IMG/VR virus record: IMGVR_UViG_3300028800_000066
Location: 72,207 to 88,435 of that record
Strand: one strand, 5' to 3'
From: a virus
Lineage: Duplodnaviria > Heunggongvirae > Uroviricota > Caudoviricetes
DNA length: 16,229 nucleotides
Part shown: positions 6,877 through 11,477 of the stretch, in pieces
How positions within the stretch are numbered: the stretch's first letter is position 1
How the letters are laid out: every line of letters starts with the position of its first letter
Notes under the pieces: generated by a model
The model's database searches: none
What the model saw: the letters and a program-made list of their open reading frames with translations, nothing else
What the model was told of the DNA's origin: nothing
Translations under genes and position numbers: made by a program

Positions 6877-7039
6877 GTGTTCCAACTGAGTTAAAATCAA
6901 TATCTTTTACTATTATATCAAAACACTTTATACAAATATGATATTTCTTTACGTTACCACGATTGTCCGGAGGACTAAGTAAAATAGCCCCGAACTCTTC
7001 TAATTCTTCTTTACATTTATCACACTTTGGATTTATCAT
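6866..7039 (-). CDS. Small zinc-binding hypothetical protein (57 aa)
   Basis: MINPKCDKC...HICIKC; the longer track ORF runs through the tRNA-Tyr gene. Confidence 0.6.
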   Translation of the reverse strand: MINPKCDKCKEELEEFGAILLSPPDNRGNVKKYHICIKCFDIIVKDIDFNSVGTHET

Positions 7040-7041
7040 AG

Positions 7042-7159
7042 TGGGCTGTGGTGGACTCGAACCACCGAAGGCCGAAGCCGTCTGATTTATTTTGAAGTTT
7101 TCAGATTCGAACTGAATAACTTCCACAGTCAGATGCCATTGCCGCTAGGCGAACAACCC
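7042..7159 (-). tRNA. tRNA-Tyr(GTA) with 36-nt intron at 7089-7124
   Basis: GGGTTGT/ACAGCCC, Tyr-type D and variable arms; removing the insert restores TCTGA-CTGTAAA-TCAGA. Confidence 0.85.
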
Positions 7160-7169
7160 ATTTAAATCG

Positions 7170-7323
7170 TGGGGAGCAGGGGAATTTAACCGCCACGCTC
7201 GGGACACCTGAAACTTTATGTGATTTTTATTTTACAAAGTTGATTCGGTGGCCTACCGAGACTTTGTTTTTATTTATTCACAAGAGCCACTGGTTTTACT
7301 GCCAGCTTCCAGGAATGCACCCC
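7170..7323 (-). ncRNA. tRNA-like RNA (acceptor plus T arm) with large inserted hairpin domain
   Basis: GGGGTGC/GCTCCCC-A, GGCGG-TTAAATT-CCCC; nested stems CCTGGAA/TTTCAGG, TGTGA/TCACA, ACAAAGT/ACTTTGT, TCGGT/ACCGA. Confidence 0.5.
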
Positions 7324-7332
7324 ATATAATCT

Positions 7333-7404
7333 AATTTATGCTGGGAGTTGAACCCAGTATCACATTCATCCGGACGAATGTTTAGTCTTCCCCGACACAT
7401 AGAT
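7333..7404 (-). tRNA. Atypical tRNA with 8-nt anticodon loop GTCCGGAT (Arg CCG-like)
   Basis: ATCTATG/CATAAAT, ACATTC/GAATGT stem, CTGGG-TTCAACT-CCCAG. Confidence 0.5.
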
Positions 7405-7426
7405 TAGAACTCTTACTTGTTACTTG

Positions 7427-7508
7427 TGACTCGGGATGGATTTGAACCACCGTGCCTTTGGGGACGTAGTTTACAGCTACGCGCAATCGACCACTCTGCC
7501 ACCGAGTC
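7427..7508 (-). tRNA. tRNA-Tyr(GTA), intronless
   Basis: GACTCGG/CCGAGTC, CGTAG-CTGTAAA-CTACG, variable arm. Confidence 0.93.
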
Positions 7509-7552
7509 AAACTGCTACCCCATTGTTGCGAGGGGAGTAGCTCCCTCCTCCG

Positions 7553-7624
7553 TGCCTTGGATTGGTATCGAGCCAATATCTTCTGCTTTTCAGACAGATG
7601 CTAATCCATTTCAGCTACCAAGGC
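7553..7624 (-). tRNA. tRNA-Phe(GAA)
   Basis: GCCTTGG/CCAAGGC, TCTGT-CTGAAAA-GCAGA; T loop CTCGATA is atypical. Confidence 0.85.
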
Positions 7625-7633
7625 ATTTATTCT

Positions 7634-7770
7634 GGAATAGATATTACAGGCGTTATACAATCCGTTTACCCGCAACGTCCTAGGCTCACTCAACCTCTGT
7701 ATAAATTTTTACGAGGAATCTCGGCGCTTTTACGAGATGTGCCTGCTGTCTTTTACAGCCTATCTATTCC
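7634..7770 (-). ncRNA. Unassigned structured RNA
   Basis: 10-bp closing stem GGAATAGATA/TATCTATTCC enclosing several hairpins; fills the gap between the two tRNA-Phe genes. Confidence 0.45.
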
Positions 7771-7774
7771 ACCG

Positions 7775-7846
7775 TGCTCTCGGAGGGAATTGAACCCCCG
7801 ACACTTCGCTCTTCAGGCGAATGCTCTACCCCTGAGCTACAAGAGC
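7775..7846 (-). tRNA. tRNA-Phe(GAA), second divergent copy
   Basis: GCTCTTG/CGAGAGC, TTCGC-CTGAAGA-GCGAA. Confidence 0.93.
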
Positions 7847-7872
7847 ATATAGGGTCTTACTTTTATTTCTTG

Positions 7873-7947
7873 TGCCGTGGCTTGGATTCTAACCAAGTCC
7901 CTTCCGATTAAGAGTCGGATGCTCTGACAGGTATAAGCTACCTCGGC
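7873..7947 (-). tRNA. tRNA-Lys(CTT)
   Basis: GCCGAGG/CCACGGC, TCCGA-CTCTTAA-TCGGA; T loop TTAGAAT. Confidence 0.85.
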
Positions 7948-7951
7948 ATAT

Positions 7952-8071
7952 CTTCTTGGCATTCTTCCATGTTGAACTAGTGGGGCTATATATTTCCGAT
8001 TGGGGATGAGCCAAGCGGTTATACGGTTACTACCTTGCCCCCACGGACCTCGAACCCGTATCTCCAAGAAG
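7952..8071 (-). ncRNA. Circularly permuted tRNA-like RNA without Ro motif
   Basis: 3' half (CTTCTTGG, ACGGG-TTCGAGG-TCCGT, GGGGGC-A) precedes 5' half (GCCCCAC, GTTC..GAAT, CCAAGAAG). Confidence 0.55.
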
Positions 8072-8074
8072 CTG

Positions 8075-8149
8075 TGGTCCCTGCTGGGTTCGAACCAGCG
8101 ACCCCCGAGTTATCAACTCGGTGCTCTAAACCAACTGAGCTAAGGGACC
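8075..8149 (-). tRNA. tRNA-Ile(GAT)
   Basis: GGTCCCT/AGGGACC, CCGAG-TTGATAA-CTCGG. Confidence 0.95.
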
Positions 8150-8180
8150 GTATTTATTATTTTTCAAAGAACTTTTCTTG

Positions 8181-8251
8181 TCCGCCCTGTTGGAATCGAA
8201 CCAACGTATCACAGTAATCGGCTGTGTGCCCTGCCATTAGACGAAGGGAGG
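8181..8251 (-). tRNA. Atypical tRNA, loop CCGATTA (nominal anticodon GAT) on a Gln/Glu-like body
   Basis: CCTCCCT/AGGGCGG, CACAG/CTGTG stem, GTTGG-TTCGATT-CCAAC; C33 and T37. Confidence 0.55.
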
Positions 8252-8271
8252 ATATTTAATTTTCAAACTTG

Positions 8272-8342
8272 TCGGGGAAGAAGGAATCGAACCTTCGACT
8301 TACGTATCCAAAACGTAGATGATGCCATTTCAACATTCCCCG
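8272..8342 (-). tRNA. tRNA-Pro(TGG)
   Basis: CGGGGAA/TTCCCCG, TACGT-TTTGGAT-ACGTA. Confidence 0.88.
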
Positions 8343-8423
8343 ATTATCAAACCTACCAGATTTTCTCTGGCATCTCTCCCTCCAATTAATGGGAGTGTTT
8401 TCTAACTTAAACTAAGGTTTGTG

Positions 8424-8495
8424 TCGGGATGGTTGGAATCGAACCAACTGCTCTACCCTTCCGAGGGGCATAGTCTACCAATGGCGTACATCCCG
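8424..8495 (-). tRNA. tRNA-Pro(CGG), weak D stem
   Basis: CGGGATG/CATCCCG, TGCCC-CTCGGAA-GGGTA. Confidence 0.85.
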
Positions 8496-8558
8496 ATATT
8501 ATAGGAAGTTCCAGTAGTAGGTCGTGGTCGAGTAGAGTAGTGGTTCATTTTATTCACC

Positions 8559-8942
8559 TTATTTTACGGAAACAACAATTCCCGCATCTGTTAATTTCTT
8601 CTGCAACTCTTCCGCCCTTGCCTTGTCAACATCTTCCGCAACCATCTTGGGAAGACCGTCAACGAAATCTTTTGCTTCTTTCAAACCAATTCCAAGAATT
8701 TCTCTCACTGCTTTAATTGCGCCCATCTTCTTTTCCATAGGCACCGAATCAGCATTCACCATGAAACTATTTTTTGCTGGTCCAGTTGCAAGTGCCGTTC
8801 CATCGGGAGCTACTTCTGTTCTCTGAGTCTGATAAGCCGTAACTGGCTGGCCCAAGGCTCTCTGTAGTGAAGCGACTAAATTTGCCAAATCCATCACAGA
8901 CATTTTATCAATCTCTTGCATTAACTTTGAATTCGTGTTCAT
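8559..8942 (-). CDS. rplL: Ribosomal protein bL12 (L7/L12)
   Basis: IDKMSVMDLANLV N-terminal domain; KKMGAIKAVREILGIGLKEAKDFVDGLPKMVAEDVDKARAEELQKKLTDAG C-terminal domain. Confidence 0.93.
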   Translation of the reverse strand: MNTNSKLMQEIDKMSVMDLANLVASLQRALGQPVTAYQTQRTEVAPDGTALATGPAKNSFMVNADSVPMEKKMGAIKAVREILGIGLKEAKDFVDGLPKMVAEDVDKARAEELQKKLTDAGIVVSVK

Positions 8943-8961
8943 GTTTCCCTCGTTTCGTTGT

Positions 8962-9035
8962 TGGTAGCGATGAAAGGTATCGAACCTTTGTTTCAGCCTT
9001 ATGAGAGCCGCGTCCTGCCATTGAACGACATCGCC
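8962..9035 (-). tRNA. tRNA with CAT anticodon (elongator Met or Ile2)
   Basis: GGCGATG/CATCGCT-A-CCA, CGGCT-CTCATAA-GGCTG. Confidence 0.85.
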
Positions 9036-9102
9036 ATGCTATTCTAATTTTTGAAGCAATATTCTTTTATTACGAATATGGAATTACTTTCCATTAGAGC
9101 TT

Positions 9103-9181
9103 TGGTGCGGAGGTAGGATTTGAACCTACGTGATGTCAGCCTTATGAGGACCGTGAGGAAACCTGACTCCTCCACCCCGCA
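9103..9181 (-). tRNA. tRNA-Met(CAT), initiator-like acceptor
   Basis: TGCGGGG/CTCCGCA-CCA, CGGTC-CTCATAA-GGCTG. Confidence 0.8.
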
Positions 9182-9199
9182 ATGTTTTTCTTGTTACTT

Positions 9200-9273
9200 T
9201 GGTGCGGAGGCTGGACTTGAACCAGCAATCTCCAGCTTATGAGGCTGGCGAGTTACCATTTCTCTACCCCGCA
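9200..9273 (-). tRNA. tRNA-Met(CAT), initiator-like acceptor
   Basis: TGCGGGG/CTCCGCA-CCA, CCAGC-CTCATAA-GCTGG. Confidence 0.85.
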
Positions 9274-9285
9274 ACACTTCAATCT

Positions 9286-9314
9286 ATTATATCACTTTCA
9301 CTTTAAAATTTCAA
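9286..9314 (-). promoter_or_regulatory. sigma70-type promoter at the head of the tRNA array
   Basis: TTGAAA-17-TATAAT with extended -10 TGn. Confidence 0.75.
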
Positions 9315-9324
9315 CCCTAAAATG

Positions 9325-9351
9325 AAAAAGCCCTCTGGATTTCCAGAGGGC
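9325..9351 (-). terminator. Intrinsic terminator / attenuator
   Basis: GCCCTCTGG-AAAT-CCAGAGGGC followed by TTTTT. Confidence 0.9.
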
Positions 9352-9378
9352 CTGCGCGGAGAGGAATGTGTTTCTTCC

Positions 9379-9522
9379 TTAACTCATACGCGACCCTCTT
9401 GTAACACTATACTGTTGTTCTGGCTTGGCGACTTTGCTAAAATCTGCTGACACAAAGATATCCATCGACTCTACGATAATAGAGTTTGCAAAGTTAATGG
9501 AATGTGATTGCATCGATTTCAT
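9379..9522 (-). CDS. Putative leader peptide (47 aa)
   Basis: MKSMQSHSINFANSIIVESMDIFVSADFSKVAKPEQQYSVTRGSRMS; AAGG upstream; last codons complementary to terminator arm. Confidence 0.65.
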   Translation of the reverse strand: MKSMQSHSINFANSIIVESMDIFVSADFSKVAKPEQQYSVTRGSRMS

Positions 9523-9547
9523 TTTCTGCCTTTTTGCCTTTGTGAAG

Positions 9548-9619
9548 GTTGACTAGAACAAGTAGGTTTTAATCCGACTTTTCAGAGAGAACAGATTAAA
9601 TTCGGCTCTAATCTTTAAC
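9548..9619 (-). ncRNA. Minimal Y RNA-like element in leader
   Basis: GATTAGAGCCGAA / ACTTGTTCTAGTC, inner stem TTTAATCTG/CGGATTAAA, pyrimidine-rich loop TTCTCTCT. Confidence 0.72.
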
Positions 9620-9626
9620 TTCTTGT

Positions 9627-9655
9627 ATTATACCACATGAATGTGGATTTGTCAA
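9627..9655 (-). promoter_or_regulatory. Consensus sigma70 promoter with palindromic spacer
   Basis: TTGACA-17-TATAAT; spacer holds CCACAT-nn-ATGTGG. Confidence 0.88.
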
Positions 9656-9672
9656 GCGTTTTTAAAACTAAA

Positions 9673-9810
9673 TTTTTGAGCAAGTAGCGACATTCGATAT
9701 GCCTTGCGGCTCCGCTGTTCTACCGTTGAACTAAACCTCCCGAGGAAGGCTAGAGGAATTGAACCTCTATTCGCAGATTTAATGATAACGAATTATCATC
9801 GGCTCAAAAA
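9673..9810 (-). ncRNA. YrlA-type Y RNA, near-identical to 1293-1432
   Basis: TTTTTGAGCCGATG / ACTTGCTCAAAAA; 9695-9779 matches 1316-1400 at 84 of 85 nt by manual comparison. Confidence 0.8.
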
Positions 9811-9818
9811 ACTTTTAT

Positions 9819-9931
9819 AATCGAACAAGTAGTGTCTTTGCGAGGCCCCACTTTCGGGCGACTTTCGTTCCACCTTGCGGCTTCACAATCGTCTTCTGTA
9901 TGATAGATAACGCATCAACTTCGGCTCGATT
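9819..9931 (-). ncRNA. Y RNA-like element with tetraloop hairpins, no tRNA domain
   Basis: AATCGAGCCGAAG / ACTTGTTCGATT, CGTTATC motif, GCAA and GAAA loops. Confidence 0.7.
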
Positions 9932-9948
9932 AAACTTTTGTTTGAAGA

Positions 9949-10216
9949 TTCAAATTAAGCAAGTATTGTGCTCTGGAACGCTTGGATACGTTGTTCTGTT
10001 TTCCTTACGTGGACATTTACCTCTCGGTGGAAACATTGTCATTGTTTCCTTGACATTTACCAGTGGCGGTGGAATTGCCAGTCCACACTTAAACTTAGCA
10101 GAGGTGAAGTAACTTCGGGCTTCTAAGAAATATCCTTTAGTCTCACTTGCGGCAAGGTCGTTACCCCTTGCTCTCAACCAGAGTATGATAACCAGTCCCA
10201 CTTCGGCTTATTTGAA
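9949..10216 (-). ncRNA. Giant (268 nt) Y RNA-like element
   Basis: TTCAAATAAGCCGAAG / ACTTGCTTAATTTGAA, GGTTATC motif, large multi-stem interior. Confidence 0.65.
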
Positions 10217-10256
10217 TTTTCAAAGAACAGTTCAAAACTTTTTACGTTTTAAAGTA

Positions 10257-10338
10257 AAGCTAGGCAAGTATCGTAATTCGGTATGCCTTGCGGCGTTCAT
10301 GAATGATATGAGATAACGAATCCACATCGGCCTAACTT
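10257..10338 (-). ncRNA. Short Y RNA-like element (82 nt)
   Basis: AAGTTAGGCCGATG / ACTTGCCTAGCTT, TTCGTTATCT, GCC-GCAA-GGC hairpin. Confidence 0.72.
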
Positions 10339-10344
10339 GAATAC

Positions 10345-10373
10345 ATTATATCACATTGCTCTTGATAAATCAA
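10345..10373 (-). promoter_or_regulatory. sigma70-type promoter for the Y RNA-like array
   Basis: TTGATT-17-TATAAT with TGn; start site would fall at the first element. Confidence 0.75.
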
Positions 10374-10431
10374 TAGTTTTTTATAGAATTTTCACTATTT
10401 TTTGCAATTTATTTACTTTACAAATTTACAA

Positions 10432-10635
10432 TTACTTGGCTTCTTCAGTAAGTGAATTCAAAGTTCCCAAAAGAACTTCCGTGGGAACTCCATATCCCTC
10501 ACACACTTGAGCGATTGTTTCAAATTCACTGATGGAACAATGAGCACATCCACCTAAATGATATCCCGCGAAAACCTCTCTGGCTTTCGGGTGTTGTAAC
10601 ATAGCTTCTTGAACTGTCATTTCTGCTGTAAACAT
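10432..10635 (-). CDS. DUF1858-like redox/disulfide domain protein
   Basis: FTAEMTVQEAMLQHPKAREVFAGYHLGGCAHC...ETIAQVCEGYGV. Confidence 0.75.
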   Translation of the reverse strand: MFTAEMTVQEAMLQHPKAREVFAGYHLGGCAHCSISEFETIAQVCEGYGVPTEVLLGTLNSLTEEAK

Positions 10636-10637
10636 GA

Positions 10638-10823
10638 TTACTCCTTGGGAAGCATATGTTTTTCTAAATCAAGTTCTTTCATTGTGTAAAATTCTTCAGC
10701 TAGCTGAAGACTGTGTTTCACTAGTTGAGACGAAGTAATTGGATGGTCAAACTTCTTCGTCTGTAATTGGACGTATAAGCTTTCAGTTAGTTCCCAAATT
10801 TTCACTCTACGTTCTTGAAACAT
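10638..10823 (-). CDS. Hypothetical protein (61 aa)
   Basis: Tightly packed between neighbours. Confidence 0.6.
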   Translation of the reverse strand: MFQERRVKIWELTESLYVQLQTKKFDHPITSSQLVKHSLQLAEEFYTMKELDLEKHMLPKE

Positions 10824-11204
10824 TTATTTACCCAGCTTCACAAAATTATTGTACGCGGCCTTGTTGGAAACGGTTTGCTTTTTTAATTGATTTTCTATGG
10901 CTTTCCAATAAGACTTTTCTAATTTCTTCTGTTCCTTATCGTCCACCTTGTTCCAGCCTCTTAAATAACTTGGAGCTAAATCATCGAGCTTAACAATTTG
11001 AAATTCATTCTTCAGTGGTTCCAATTCGGGTTTCTCGACAGTAATGAATGGAACATCACCGCGCATATAAACATTGCTGAGTCTTAACACTTGATGACTT
11101 CCACTCGTGTACCAAGTATCAACAGGATAAGTCTCTTCGTATTTTTTAATATCAAAAACTGTTTTCTCTTTTTTCTTAAATAATGATTTAAGCTTTGCTA
11201 ACAT
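10824..11204 (-). CDS. Hypothetical protein (126 aa); start moved from 11264 to 11204
   Basis: ATG 11204 follows CAGGAG. Confidence 0.65.
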   Translation of the reverse strand: MLAKLKSLFKKKEKTVFDIKKYEETYPVDTWYTSGSHQVLRLSNVYMRGDVPFITVEKPELEPLKNEFQIVKLDDLAPSYLRGWNKVDDKEQKKLEKSYWKAIENQLKKQTVSNKAAYNNFVKLGK

Positions 11205-11418
11205 TGTTGCTCCTGAGTCTGTTGTAAAACTGTGCAATCGTTTCTTTATCTGATTCCCATCCATTAATTGACCAATACATCATCCCACGCAACATTAAAT
11301 CGTTTGCGAATTCATCCTTAGACATTTCTATACCAGCAACTTTAAACCAAGTTTCAATAATTTGTCTGTCTCTTGGTATTAACCATTGTACTTCATCAAA
11401 TTTCATTGTGTTTTCCAT
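11188..11418 (-). CDS. Hypothetical protein (76 aa)
   Basis: AGGA SD; short overlap with next ORF. Confidence 0.6.
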   Translation of the reverse strand: MENTMKFDEVQWLIPRDRQIIETWFKVAGIEMSKDEFANDLMLRGMMYWSINGWESDKETIAQFYNRLRSNNVSKA

Positions 11419-11477
11419 TTTATCTTCCTAGAGTGAGTTGGGAGCGGCCCCCAAATCAATGGAGGCCGTTCCTTTTA

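Noticed and set aside
7170-7323. tmRNA or tRNA-Sec
   Set aside because: No G3-U70 pair, no tag ORF and too short for tmRNA; no TCA anticodon loop or Sec-type D arm.
7512-7541. Small spacer hairpins (also 8356-8395 and 2239-2254)
   Set aside because: Ordinary short stems, consistent with processing or stability signals in tRNA spacers.
8453-8548. 31-codon ORF MNHYSTRPRP... after rplL with AAGGTGA SD
   Set aside because: It runs into the tRNA-Pro gene and has no recognisable features; not supportable without ribosome profiling.
9950-10201. 83-aa ORF inside the giant Y-like element
   Set aside because: It coincides with the Ro-stem boundaries and paired segments and has no clear RBS or motif; RNA structure explains the region better, though translation is not excluded.
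9949-10216. Group I intron or RNase P identity of the giant element
   Set aside because: GAGACTA resembles the R element but no complementary TAGTC S element follows; RNase P GAGGAAAGTCC and CGGCTTA motifs are absent on the transcribed strand.
1293-10338. CRISPR array or REP/MITE repeats as the explanation for the recurring motif
   Set aside because: Copies are dispersed, vary in sequence with compensatory pairing and enclose structured domains; no constant repeat-spacer period or target-site duplications.
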